A stretch of 64,000 nucleotides of DNA, from positions 310,001 to 374,000 of the forward strand of contig JBODTK010000147.1 in NCBI GenBank assembly GCA_050613775.1. Reading direction: 5' to 3'. The notes beneath the pieces were generated by a model. That model worked only from the letters and a program-made list of their open reading frames with translations, ran no database searches and was not told the DNA's origin. This DNA is from Neocallimastix sp. 'constans' (taxonomy: Eukaryota). This document shows positions 12,901-28,207 of the stretch, piece by piece. A program made the translations under genes and the position numbers. Position 1 is the first letter of the stretch; the number at the start of each line of letters is the position of its first letter.

Positions 12901-15900
12901 GAAACTTGAGGAAACGACCAATGAAGGATTAACCCCCTTAATGTTTGCCTGTCAAGATGGTCACCTAGAATCGATAAAATTCCTTATTAATAAAAAAGTA
13001 GATATCAATGCCCATGATAACAAGGGTTGGAACGCCCTTATGCATAGTGTGAAGAACGGAAATGAAAAGATAATAAAGTACTTAATCGACAGTGGAGCAG
13101 ATGTCAACAATAGTGATGAAGAAGGAATGACCCCGCTATTACTAGCCGCTCAATATGGCCTTCTGAATATACTGAAATGTTTCATAGAGCATAAGGGAGA
13201 TATTACGAAAAAAGATATCAACGGTAACAACATTCTAATTATTTCTACAAAATATAAGCAGATTAATATCTTGGAATATTTACTGATGCGATATACCCAA
13301 GTCAATAGTAAAAATAATGAAGGATGGAATCCGCTTCTCTTGGCCACAAAACTTGGCTACCTCAATATTGTTGATTGTCTTCTTAAGAATGGCGCTGATA
13401 TCAATCTCTGTAACAATGAAGGTTGCAACGCCCTCATGATTGCCAGTGAAAATAAATTCGAAAAAACATGTATCTACCTCATAAAAAATAACATAAACGT
13501 TAACGAACGGAATAACAAGGGAAAGACTGCCTTAATGTTCGCCTCTGAAAATAATCAAATAGAAACCATTAAACATTTAATCGAATTAAAAGTAGATATT
13601 AATGAAAAGGATAATGAAGGAAATACCGCATTGATGTATGCGGTTAAAAATAATCATATGCCAATAGTAGAATATTTCATTAAGATAGGATCTAATATTC
13701 ATGAGTGTAACTATAAAAAGGAAAACGCCTATACGATGGCAGCAGAATACGGTCTTGTGGATATTATTAATTATTTAGAACATATGGATAGTGATATCTA
13801 TGAAAAAAATAAGGAAGCTGTTCTCATCAATACAATCATCAAAGAAAGTGAGAAACGACAATCCGTCTACAATAATTTACGTTTCATAGAGAATGAAACG
13901 AATCGTGTCGATCCTAATGTTTCCATTTTAGATGCCATAAGGCGTAATGATAATGAAAAAGTGAAGTCGTTAGTAGATATGGGATTTGATATCAATGAGA
14001 AGGATTACAAATGTAAGAACGCATTGATGTTAGCGATTAAATATAGCAATGATGCCATCATTAAATATTTAGTAGAGAATAAGATAAGAATTAATGATAA
14101 AGATATCAAAGATTCATCAGCACTTTTCTATGCTTGCAAAAAGGGTAGTTTTTCTGTTGTTAAATTTTTAGTCGATAAGGGAGCATCCATCAACGAAAAA
14201 TGTCAATATAATATGGATTCGTTAATGGTTGCTTCGAAGAAGGGACACCTCGATATCGTAAAATATTTACTGGAAAAAGGTGCAAAAATTAATGGTAAAG
14301 ATGTTATGGGATCCAATGCCTTAATCTATGCATTGGAGGGACAACAGTATGAGGTAGCCAATATTCTGATAAAGGAAGGTGCTAACATTCATGAAAAAAA
14401 CAAGTATGGTTATAATTCCTTTTATTATGCCGTCGACCAAGGCGTATTAAGTCTCGTTAAAATTTTAATTGAAAATGGTGTCAATATCAATGAGAAATTT
14501 GCCAACAATGTTACTCCCTTAATGGTAGCTTCTATGCATGGTTACAAAGAAATTGTTAAGTATTTACTCGATCGAAACAATATTAATATAAATGAAAAAG
14601 ATGAAGATGGAATGACAGCTATTTTATATGCCTTTAAAAATAAAAAACCAGATATTGCTGAATTATTATTGAAGAGAAAAGATGTAGAAATCCATGATAA
14701 AAACAATAAAAAACACGATGTTCTCTACTATGCCTGTAAACATGGATTAAAAGATTTTTTAGACGTATTCCTAAATAACGAATTCGACGTCAATGAAAAA
14801 TATAATCATGATAATACCCCACTCATAATAGCCTCCAAGTATGGTAATAAAGATGTGGTAACCTATCTGATTGAAAAGGGAGCCAATGTTAATGCTTCCA
14901 ATGATCAAAATTCCAATGCCATAATCTATGCTGCTTCCAGAGGACATAAATCGGTCGTTAAAATATTAAAGGAAAATGGAGCATCTATCACCGAAAAAGA
15001 TAAGGATGGAATGGATGCCTTTAAATTTGCTGTTCAAAATGGATACATCAGTCTCGTTACCTATCTCGTGAAAGAAGCTGACATTAATGACTCCTCCAAC
15101 GTTTGTAATTCACTGTATTATGCATGCAAATCGGGTCATACTTACATTGTCAAATATCTTATTAAGCATGGAGCTACCATCAATAAAAATAGTCAAGAAT
15201 TTAGTGAAATATTAGTGGCGGCGAAAAGCGGTTACCTTGACATTGTTAAATGTCTCTTCCATCACTTTGAAAAGTTTTATAAAAGCGATAATAATAAATA
15301 CTTTGAAAAATTTAAATGCTTAATAACTGCTGCAAGTCATGGCCAAATCGATGTTTTGGAATACTTAATATCTCAAAATTTGGATGTTAACGAATTTGAT
15401 GACAACAGGCGTACCCCGTTGATGTTGGCCTCCAGAAATGGAAATATTGATATCGTTCAAATTCTTCTCAGGAATAGTTGTGAAGTGAATGCCAAGGATA
15501 AAGACAATATGACCGCTTTAATGTATGCCTCTGATAATGGTCATAAAGAAATAGTTAAACTTCTTATAGATCATGGTGCCTATATTAATGAAAAGAATAA
15601 TAAAAATCAAACAGCCTTACTTTTCGCCTATAAACGTGGTCATTTAGATATTACGAAATATTTATTGAAAAAAGATGCCTTAGTATATAACTGGGAAAAT
15701 CTGTTTATGTCATGTACGGATGAAAATAATGAGATTATAAAGTATCTTTTCAAATGTAAACCTTCCTTTGATAAAGAAGTTTCCTTAGCCAATGCCTTAA
15801 AAAATAATAACTTAGAAATAGTAAAATTTTTAGTGGACAAAGGAATGAATGTTAATACCTACGGACCAAATGGTGAAACTGCCTTAGCTCTTGCAGTAAC

Positions 15901-16516
15901 CAAAGGAAATTACGAATATGTAAAATTTTTTGTAGAAAAAGGTGCAATTATCGATTCCTTCGATAATGATTACAAAACGGCATTAATGATTGCATCCGCA
16001 AAGGGATTCCTAGACATTACCAAGTATTTAGTAAATAATGGAGCCAAAATTAATAAGAAGACACTATTTAATATGAATCCTTTACTCTTTGCCACTATCA
16101 ATGGTAAAGCGAGCGTAGTAGAATTTTTAGTAGAATGTAAAGCCGATATTAATTGTAGAGGTAAGGATGGAATGACCCCAATTATGTATGCATCCTCCGC
16201 GGGTCATGAAGAAATTGTAAGATTTTTAATAAAAAAGAAAGCCAAAATTAATAATTTAACGAAAACTAATTGGACCGCATTAATGTTTGCTGCAAAATTT
16301 GATCACTTAAAAGTTATTAAATGTTTAGTGGATTATGGAGCAAAAGTTAACTTAATAAATGATAAAGGAAGGAATGCATATATGATAGCAACTAAATATA
16401 AAAATGACGATGTTTCCGACTTTCTATTGAATAAAGGTTCCAAGAGGAAATTAAATTATTTAGATAGTATACGAATTAGATCCATTAAGAAAAGAATAAA
16501 ACATTTTGAACAATAA
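6905..16516 (+). CDS. Giant ankyrin-repeat protein (3203 aa, roughly 85-90 ANK repeats, single exon)
   Basis: Continuous 9.6-kb ORF with 33-aa periodic consensus GWNALMIAxxNGHLxIVKYLxxxGxxINEK almost end to end. An acidic (EEK)n insert lies at ~9530-9620. Confidence 0.95.
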   Translation: MEKKTKDKDLNIDVHLKGPASHHSSQESLKKNVTETIKKITNLDKIQNNNLSNESNVALFMFASEKGNVKVIKKVVEEGGIDVNVKDLNGISSLMIACQNGHEEAVHYLCECGVDIEAKSNNHWNAMMFACDNGHLAIAQYLFERGASLNEKNLDGWNALMLASDSGHLDIVQFLVQNKIEINEKSLKGNNALMFASDNGHTAIVKFLIDSGININEKNDNNWNILMTEAFNGNLETVKYLVKRGININEKNRDGQNALMIATQNGHLDIIKYLIHHGANLFDYDNDKWNIIMFASDSGHLNIIRYLISKGMPIENRDVEGWTPLLLASQNGNLEIVKFLVEKGADINTANLKEKTALLLASENNNVSIVQYLGELEGIALDVKDENGWNALMYACRNNNLEMVKVLVKDGADLKIKNNNGRNPFLIAVSIGNVEIVNYLLDQEDDINETDTGDWDALMYACQNGNLELVQLLYQRGIDYCRENKNGLTALTIASQGENKEIVKFLIGKIYNIQMEEENANHDLFVMACQQNNFEIVKYLVESGINIHEKNEEGWDAFLFSVKKGNLEVVNYLHKKGRDLTEKDGKGRNALMIAAQNNHLNVVKYLVKSDSSIIQECDINNWNALFYAAKKGFLDIVKYLVKHGIKFQTKDYNGRNSLMVAAQNNKVEVVKYLCEIGIDVNDKDIFGSNALMITSQKNQLEIIKCLIDAGIRLNDKDCSGRNALIIAAQNNHLNVVQYLLESGENINEKNINGQNALIVATENENLQMIQFLVGKNININDQDCDGWNALIYATKKNNTEISNYLIDHGADFIERDNSGVNSFIIATQNNSLAIVRTMIRICRQKKIFQEHFLDPFLIACQNGFMDIVRQFVEVEKEEKEEKEEKEEKEEKEEKEEKEEEEEEEDNTKKEIDIDKGNADGQNALMAATINNHLEIIQYLVDSGADIHRVNKYGQNVLMMACQSGYLPIVEYLLEKGSLVDDKNDEGWDPLLLSAQYNYLDIMKLLVEHGADIYSKNNDGQNALMVAALNNNLDIVKYLVECGVDIYIQDDNQWNALMIASLNGHFEVVKYLFDRSNINDYYINDWNLLSLAAQNGHLDIIDYLVEKGISINEVNEDNQNLLMIATLNSHFHIIKYLLRNGIDINERDSNDWTAILFAAQVGDLDIFKYLVDNHADIQDKNDHDQNAFMIAAQNGHLDLLRYLCFNKININEKDSDGWNALMIATLNHHLNVVEYLYSLHVNLDEKSNNGQTALIIASRNGFLDIVEFLVEKGANINEKSNIGWNSLFFACQNGHLEVVQYLIRRGTNLKEKSAKNNNALMISAQYGFLDIVRFLVESNIGINEKNDTGRNAMLLAAMNGHINVVNYLIENGTNINERDYYGWNALMIATQNNQLDLIIYLIVNGININEKSNEGTNALMIASQKGYLDIVKYLHVKDINIHERDAEGWNALHIAVHNGYIEIVKYLLEAGVKINDINKKNNNALMIASQAGHIDIVKYLVDKGIKLDSKDVDGWNALMFASLNGYLNIVKYLVNKGIDINAKDYNGWNALMIAAQKGYKDIVKYLFEKGSNINEKNNSGQNALIITSESGHIEIVKFLVKHGININEKSSKGNNILLFASDNGHLEIVKYLVDNGININEKNSYGWNALLLASQKGYFEIVKYLVEKGANIDEKDLNGWNSLLHASQMGSLEIVQYLIERGIDKFATSNKGNNALMIASQNGHVDIVKFLMENGMDIHDCNKNGLNALMLASKNGNLNIINFLVENGMKIDEVDNNGWDSILYASKNGHFDVIHFFTNHREYMKNPNYNYTNALGIAYKNNYQEIAEYLIQFCENVNVNGEIGKSIFLYATENAHIETMEYLINRGIHINTQNSNNETAVIIAAKNGQLDILKYLIDNHASINRKDCNGSNALLAASEKGFINIIELLLEKGININEKNYYSQNALMIASQYDHIEVIEYLIDHGIEVNESTNNGLTAIMYAAKNNNSSIIQLLVDHQAKLEETTNEGLTPLMFACQDGHLESIKFLINKKVDINAHDNKGWNALMHSVKNGNEKIIKYLIDSGADVNNSDEEGMTPLLLAAQYGLLNILKCFIEHKGDITKKDINGNNILIISTKYKQINILEYLLMRYTQVNSKNNEGWNPLLLATKLGYLNIVDCLLKNGADINLCNNEGCNALMIASENKFEKTCIYLIKNNINVNERNNKGKTALMFASENNQIETIKHLIELKVDINEKDNEGNTALMYAVKNNHMPIVEYFIKIGSNIHECNYKKENAYTMAAEYGLVDIINYLEHMDSDIYEKNKEAVLINTIIKESEKRQSVYNNLRFIENETNRVDPNVSILDAIRRNDNEKVKSLVDMGFDINEKDYKCKNALMLAIKYSNDAIIKYLVENKIRINDKDIKDSSALFYACKKGSFSVVKFLVDKGASINEKCQYNMDSLMVASKKGHLDIVKYLLEKGAKINGKDVMGSNALIYALEGQQYEVANILIKEGANIHEKNKYGYNSFYYAVDQGVLSLVKILIENGVNINEKFANNVTPLMVASMHGYKEIVKYLLDRNNININEKDEDGMTAILYAFKNKKPDIAELLLKRKDVEIHDKNNKKHDVLYYACKHGLKDFLDVFLNNEFDVNEKYNHDNTPLIIASKYGNKDVVTYLIEKGANVNASNDQNSNAIIYAASRGHKSVVKILKENGASITEKDKDGMDAFKFAVQNGYISLVTYLVKEADINDSSNVCNSLYYACKSGHTYIVKYLIKHGATINKNSQEFSEILVAAKSGYLDIVKCLFHHFEKFYKSDNNKYFEKFKCLITAASHGQIDVLEYLISQNLDVNEFDDNRRTPLMLASRNGNIDIVQILLRNSCEVNAKDKDNMTALMYASDNGHKEIVKLLIDHGAYINEKNNKNQTALLFAYKRGHLDITKYLLKKDALVYNWENLFMSCTDENNEIIKYLFKCKPSFDKEVSLANALKNNNLEIVKFLVDKGMNVNTYGPNGETALALAVTKGNYEYVKFFVEKGAIIDSFDNDYKTALMIASAKGFLDITKYLVNNGAKINKKTLFNMNPLLFATINGKASVVEFLVECKADINCRGKDGMTPIMYASSAGHEEIVRFLIKKKAKINNLTKTNWTALMFAAKFDHLKVIKCLVDYGAKVNLINDKGRNAYMIATKYKNDDVSDFLLNKGSKRKLNYLDSIRIRSIKKRIKHFEQ

Positions 16517-18189
16517 ATATATTAATTTTTACATATTTATAATATTATCATTTTTTCCCCTCCCTCCACCAAAAAAGAAGGAAATAAAAAAAATTTTTTT
16601 TTATTTTTTTCCTTTTTTTTATTCCTTATTTTATATAACATTACTCTTGTATTATTCGTACCCTATTAATATACAAAAAAAAAAAAAAAAAAAAAAACTA
16701 ATACCCTTTAATATAATTTATTACATCTTTTAGGATATAGTTAATAGTATTTAAAATATATATATATATATATTATTGTATATTAAATTGTAATCAACAT
16801 TTGAAATATTATTTAATTTTTTTATTTATATAAATTATTTCGTATATATTAAACTATTTGTTTAATTTCAAGCAAACTTGCTATTTATATATATTATATA
16901 TATATATATATTGTTTTTGAAATTTTACTTAATTATCTTCAGTTATTTATATATCTATTTTTTTTTCTTTATTTTTTTTTTTATTTTAAAATACTATCAT
17001 ATTAATAAAATTAAATATTTATTCAATTTCAAAATATTATGCTTTAAAATTTTATATAAATTAATATAAGATTATTGAAATAGTATAACTTTTTTAATTT
17101 ATATATATATATAATATTTATTAATTAAATACTTGATGATTCTATAAAACTTTTCATTGTAGGATTATCATTACTATTATAAATTAACCCTTTTTTCACT
17201 TTTTTATTATTACAATAACGTTTTAGGGATAGATATAATATATAATTAAATTAAATATACTGACTCCATAGAATTTAAACAGATTATCTTTAATTATTAT
17301 CTTATATACAAAGATAAATGTAAAAATAAAAATAAAAATAAAAATAAAATAAAAAAATAATAATAATAATTTATAATTGTCATAAAAATGAACTTATATG
17401 CTTAATAATTGTAAAAATTAAATTAATCAGCATATTAAATATATAATAGATTTATTTATTTTATATATTTATTTATTTTTTATCTATTTATCTATCTATT
17501 TTTTTTTTTTAACAACCATAGCAGGATTTCTCCCCAGCTGCACATCCATAGACACACAATGATTTATTACTGGAGACCTTTTCTAACTTCCTACTTAGTA
17601 GGTGGTGCTGTCCCTGTTGGACTGCCTTACAGTTTTTCTGCATTGGCTCTCCTTACCCAAATATTATTACAGCTTGTCATTGTACGATAATCTTACAATT
17701 GGGTCTTGCAGACACAATCTCTGTGATCACATGACAACCGCTCCATAACATACCTATAAGTTAGGATAATTAAATTTTTTCATATGTCACCATATGTTTT
17801 GTATCTCCTCTTAAGAAACTTACCATCTATCTATCTATCAATTTATTAATTTATTTATATAGAAAAAGATTTTATAAATTTAAAAAAAAAGTGAATGTAG
17901 ATCATTTTGCAATAGTGCATTTCGCAATGTGGCTTATAATATTCTATACAATCATTAATAAATATATAAATAATTAAAAAATTAAATATATAATTAAATA
18001 AATAGAAAAAAAATAATAAACATATTTAAATATATAATTTAATAATAAAAAAAATGGTAATAAATATATTTAAAAATGTAATTAAAATAAAAAAAATAAA
18101 TAAATAAATAAATAAATAAATATATTTATTTATTTAAATTTAAATATTAGTTTTTGTTAGTTTTTGATAATTATATTTATTTGTGTTAA

Positions 18190-18610
18190 ATTAATTAATG
18201 TGGATTAAATACAATATATAATTAAACTATTTTTATATATTATATATATTATATTTATATTGTATCTTTATTGTATCTTAATAGTAAAAGAAAGTAAATT
18301 TTATTATAAATGTTGAAGATACAATGAAATATTTTATTTTTTTACAAAAAATGTTAAGTATAATTTTTTAAAAATGGATATATAAGGATTTATTTTGTGT
18401 GGAATAGTTCAGATCAAATATTTTTAATTGTTTAAAATTATATAGGATAAATTTATGTGGAATAGATATAAAATTAAATTTTAATTTAAAAGATCAATAT
18501 AAATATTATATATATAGATATATATTATACTATAAATTAATATATTAAAAAATTTTAATTCATTATTTTTTTTTAATATTTTTATTTTTATATAAATATA
18601 AAGGAGTTTT
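18190..18610 (+). promoter_or_regulatory. Conserved ILV5 upstream region with three TGTGGA boxes and a TATA-like element
   Basis: AATGTGGATT (18197), TGTGTGGAATAG (18396), TATGTGGAATAG (18454) and TATAAATATAAAGGAG (18591). The two proximal TGTGGAA boxes recur as TTCCACA upstream of every minus-strand copy. Confidence 0.6.
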
Positions 18611-18808
18611 CTTTTATTTTTTATTTTTTATAATTATATAATATCAATTATTAATCAAATTAAAACTTTTTATAATATTAAACTTAAAATACTAAACATT
18701 AAAAATATCTATTATAAAAAAAATTATTTATTGGATATTTTAAATATATATTTAATTAAATTTAAATTATTTAAACTTTAAAGAAATAAAGCAAAACAAA
18801 ATAACAAA

Positions 18809-19867
18809 ATGGTTAAAATTATAAATTTTGGAGGTGTTGATGAAACCGTTTATGAAAGATCGGATTTTCCTCAAGAAAAATTAAATGAAATATTTAAGAA
18901 TGATACTTTCGCAGTTATCGGTTATGGTACTCAAGGTCGTAATCAATCTCGTAATTTAAGAGATAAAGGATTTAAAGTGGTCATTGGTCTTCGTAAAGGT
19001 CCTTCTTGGGATCTTGCGAAAGAAGATGGTTGGATAGAAGGTGAAACTCTTTTCGAAATTACTGAAGCTTGTAAAAAGGGTACCATCATTATGTATCTTC
19101 TTTCTGACGCTGGTCAAAAGGCTGCATGGAATAGTATTAAAGATTTAATTCATGGAAAAACTTTATATTTCTCTCATGGTTTTTCTATCGTTTTCAAAGA
19201 TAAAACAGGAGTTATTCCTCCAAATGATTGTGATGTTATCATGGTTGCACCAAAGGGTTCAGGTACTACGGTTCGTTCTCTTTTCTTAGAAGGTCGTGGT
19301 ATTAATTCATCGGTTGCAGTTTTCCAAGATTGGTCTGGTAAGGCTGAAGAAAGAGCATATGCCACAGGTATTGCTATTGGATCAGGTTATCTTTATCCAA
19401 CTACGTTTGAAAGAGAAACTTATTCAGATCTTACAGGAGAACGTGGAACACTTATGGGATGTATTCAAGGTATTTTCAAAGCTCAATTTGAAGTTTTAAT
19501 TTCCAATGGTCATACTCCTTCTGAAGCATTCAATGAAACTGTTGAAGAAGCTACTCAATCTCTTTATCCTCTTATTGGCAAGAATGGCATGGATTGGATG
19601 TATAATAATTGTTCTACGACCGCTCGTCGAGGAGCCCTTGATTGGATGGATAAATTTTATTCTGCTACTAAACCAGTATTTGAAGAGCTCTATGAATCAG
19701 TTCGTAATGGTACAGAAGCAGAAAATACTTTAATTGCTAATTCTAAACCAGATTATCGCGAAAATCTCTCTAAAGAATTGAAAGAACTTCGTGAATCGCA
19801 ATTATGGCAAACAGCAGTAACTGTTCGTTCACTTCGTCCTGAAAATCAAAAAGTTGAAAATAATTAA
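18809..19867 (+). CDS. ILV5: Ketol-acid reductoisomerase (acetohydroxyacid isomeroreductase), copy 1
   Basis: IGYGTQG Rossmann motif, LLSDAGQ, FSHGF, MVAPKGSG, SDLTGERGTLMG, EAFNETVEE. 352 aa, no N-terminal mitochondrial presequence. Confidence 0.97.
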   Translation: MVKIINFGGVDETVYERSDFPQEKLNEIFKNDTFAVIGYGTQGRNQSRNLRDKGFKVVIGLRKGPSWDLAKEDGWIEGETLFEITEACKKGTIIMYLLSDAGQKAAWNSIKDLIHGKTLYFSHGFSIVFKDKTGVIPPNDCDVIMVAPKGSGTTVRSLFLEGRGINSSVAVFQDWSGKAEERAYATGIAIGSGYLYPTTFERETYSDLTGERGTLMGCIQGIFKAQFEVLISNGHTPSEAFNETVEEATQSLYPLIGKNGMDWMYNNCSTTARRGALDWMDKFYSATKPVFEELYESVRNGTEAENTLIANSKPDYRENLSKELKELRESQLWQTAVTVRSLRPENQKVENN

Positions 19868-20562
19868 ATTATATAAAATAAATATCTTTACAACAAAAAA
19901 AAAAAATTAATGATATAATTATATTTTAATTTATAAATTACTATATTAAACATAATTTAAATAATTTAAATAATTAATATATTATATATAGAAATACTAT
20001 ATAAAAATACAATATTTTAAAATTTAATATAAAAAATTAATGAATAATCTTTTATTATACTATCCATATTATTAATATTAACAAGATTTATGTAAAATTC
20101 ATAACAATATTAATGATTAATAAATAAAAATAAAAATAAAAAAAATTATTATAAAATATATATATATTAGATAATAAATATTATTTTTTTTTTCATATTA
20201 GTAATTTTATTAATTTTTAATTTTTTTTTTTTTTATATATTTTATATTTTTTATTAGAATTTTATTTACAGTTTTATTATTATTTTATTTGTTTAATTGA
20301 TAAGATATAAAATAATTTTTATATTATTATAATTTCAGAATTTAAATGAATGAATAATTGTTTGAATATAAAAATATAAATTTTGAAATTGAAATATATT
20401 AATTATATACTTAATTTGGTCTAGATTGATTAATCCATATAAAATTACCTAAAAAATAAAAAATATTTTTTATTTTATTTTTTTAAATGTAATTTATTTC
20501 AAATTTATTTATTAGTACAAATAAAAATAAATTAATTATATATAAATTATAATATTTAATTA

Positions 20563-25900
<5,338 letters not shown>

Positions 25901-26554
25901 AATTAAATTATAAAAATTATATAATGAATTATTATTATTTATTATTTTCCATAAAACAATATATTTAATAAATAATAATTATTTTTTTAATATTTAATTT
26001 TTTTTTTTTTTTTAAAAAAATAAAATCTTTAAAGTAATACAAAAATTTTTAATATATAAATAAATAATAATTAATTTTTAATTTTATTAAAATATTTAAT
26101 TTCATTTTTATTAGTTTTATAATTTTTTATTGTAATTATTATAATATAATATATATATTTAATAAAACTTAATTATTAATATTTTTGTATTATTTTAATA
26201 TTAAGCAAGTGATATTCGTTAGACTTACCCTCAAATGATTATTTCACCCAACCCTGATACTACGCTTTGAATTGAAGCATAGACCTTGATGATTGTAAAA
26301 TTTCCAATGACCAATGATTACTCTCACTAGGGAGGAGTTAATGATTCCGTGCTGATGGCCGTGGTCAATGGATATATATGTAGGAACATTAGGAAAGCAT
26401 CTCCGGGAACTCTGTAACGACGATTGAGAGCGGCGAAGCTGTTACAGTATACCAATAACTCATCACCATACAGTTAATTAATAACTGTATGGCCATATTG
26501 GGAGATGGATACCCATTATATGCAAGTCTATGTTAATACTAAGCAGATTTTATT

Positions 26555-26591
<37 letters not shown>

Positions 26592-27148
26592 AAAAAAAAT
26601 TATAGAAATTAAAACATGATTAAATTTTTATTTAAAATAAATGAGCTATTTAATTTTTATTAGTATTGCTTTATATTTTAGCATTCATTCATTTAATTTC
26701 TAACATTTTATTAATATTAAAATTATAACGTATTCTTTTAATTAAACAATTAAAATAATAATAAAAATTTAATTTAAAACTCTAATAAAAAATTAATAAA
26801 AAAGAAATAAATAAAATTCAACAATAAAAATTCTTTATGAAAAAAATATATTAATCATCAGTTAATATATATAAATTTTTTTTTATTTTTATTTATTAAT
26901 TTTTAATTTTGTTATGAATTTTACATATACCTTGTTAATATTAATAATACGGATAGTATAATAAAAGATTATTTATTAATATTTTTATATTAAATTTTAA
27001 AATACTTTATTTTTATATAGTATTTCTATATATAATACATTAATTATTTAAATTATTTAAATTATGTTTAATATAGTAATTTATAAATTAAATTAGAATT
27101 ATTTTATTAATTTTTTTTTTTGTCGTAAAAATATTTATTTTATATAAT

Positions 27149-28207
27149 TTAATTATTTTCAACTTTTTGATTTTCAGGACGAAGTGAACGAACAGTTACT
27201 GCCGTTTGCCATAATTGTGATTCACGAAGTTCTTTCAATTCTTTAGAGAGATTTTCGCGATAGTCCGGTTTAGAATTAGCAATTAATGTATTTTCAGCTT
27301 CTGTACCATTACGAACTGATTCATATAATTCTTCAAATACTGGTTTAGTAGCAGAATAAAATTTATCCATCCAATCAAGGGCTCCTCGACGAGCCGTCGT
27401 AGAACAATTATTATACATCCAATCCATGCCATTCTTGCCAATAAGAGGATAAAGAGATTGAGTAGCTTCTTCAACAGTTTCATTGAATGCTTCAGAAGGA
27501 GTATGACCATTGGAAATTAAAACTTCAAATTGAGCTTTGAAAATACCTTGAATACATCCCATAAGTGTTCCACGTTCTCCTGTAAGATCTGAATAAGTTT
27601 CTCTTTCAAACGTAGTTGGATAAAGATAACCTGATCCAATAGCAATACCTGTGGCATATGCTCTTTCTTCTGCTTTACCTGACCAATCTTGGAAAATGGC
27701 AACCGATGAATTAATACCACGACCTTCTAAGAAAAGAGAACGAACCGTAGTACCTGAACCCTTTGGAGCAACCATGATAACATCACAATCATTTGGAGGA
27801 ATAACTCCTGTTTTATCTTTGAACACGATAGAGAAACCATGAGAGAAATATAAAGTTTTTCCATGAATTAAATCTTTAATACTATTCCATGCAGCCTTTT
27901 GACCAGCATCAGAAAGAAGATACATAATGATTGTTCCCTTTTTACAAGCTTCAGTAATTTCGAAAAGAGTTTCACCTTCTATCCATCCATCTTCTTTAGC
28001 AAGATCCCAAGAAGGACCTTTACGAAGACCAATGACCACTTTAAATCCTTTATCTCTTAAATTACGAGATTGATTACGACCTTGAGTACCATAACCGATA
28101 ACTGCGAAAGTATCATTCTTAAATATTTCATTTAATTTTTCTTGAGGAAAGTCTGATCTTTCATAAACGGTTTCATCAACACCTCCAAAATTTATAGTTT
28201 TAACCAT
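27149..28207 (-). CDS. ILV5: Ketol-acid reductoisomerase, copy 2
   Basis: Intact 352-aa ORF; differs from copy 1 at I4T and V171I. Confidence 0.97.
   Translation of the reverse strand: MVKTINFGGVDETVYERSDFPQEKLNEIFKNDTFAVIGYGTQGRNQSRNLRDKGFKVVIGLRKGPSWDLAKEDGWIEGETLFEITEACKKGTIIMYLLSDAGQKAAWNSIKDLIHGKTLYFSHGFSIVFKDKTGVIPPNDCDVIMVAPKGSGTTVRSLFLEGRGINSSVAIFQDWSGKAEERAYATGIAIGSGYLYPTTFERETYSDLTGERGTLMGCIQGIFKAQFEVLISNGHTPSEAFNETVEEATQSLYPLIGKNGMDWMYNNCSTTARRGALDWMDKFYSATKPVFEELYESVRNGTEAENTLIANSKPDYRENLSKELKELRESQLWQTAVTVRSLRPENQKVENN

Noticed and set aside
19174..19733. Short overlapping ORFs (63, 67 and 75 aa) repeated in every ILV5 copy
   Set aside because: These are shadow frames conserved only because the host CDS copies are near-identical; there is no independent coding signal.
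18809..19867. Recent bacterial contamination or HGT origin of the intronless KARI genes
   Set aside because: The sequence is the fungal Ilv5-type protein known from gut fungi, embedded in fungal spacers and retrotransposons; no operon context.
26380..26520. Hammerhead ribozyme, RNase MRP/P, U3 or TPP riboswitch assignment for the island
   Set aside because: Only partial resemblances (GGAAAG, TGATGA); the required conserved boxes and spacing are not present.
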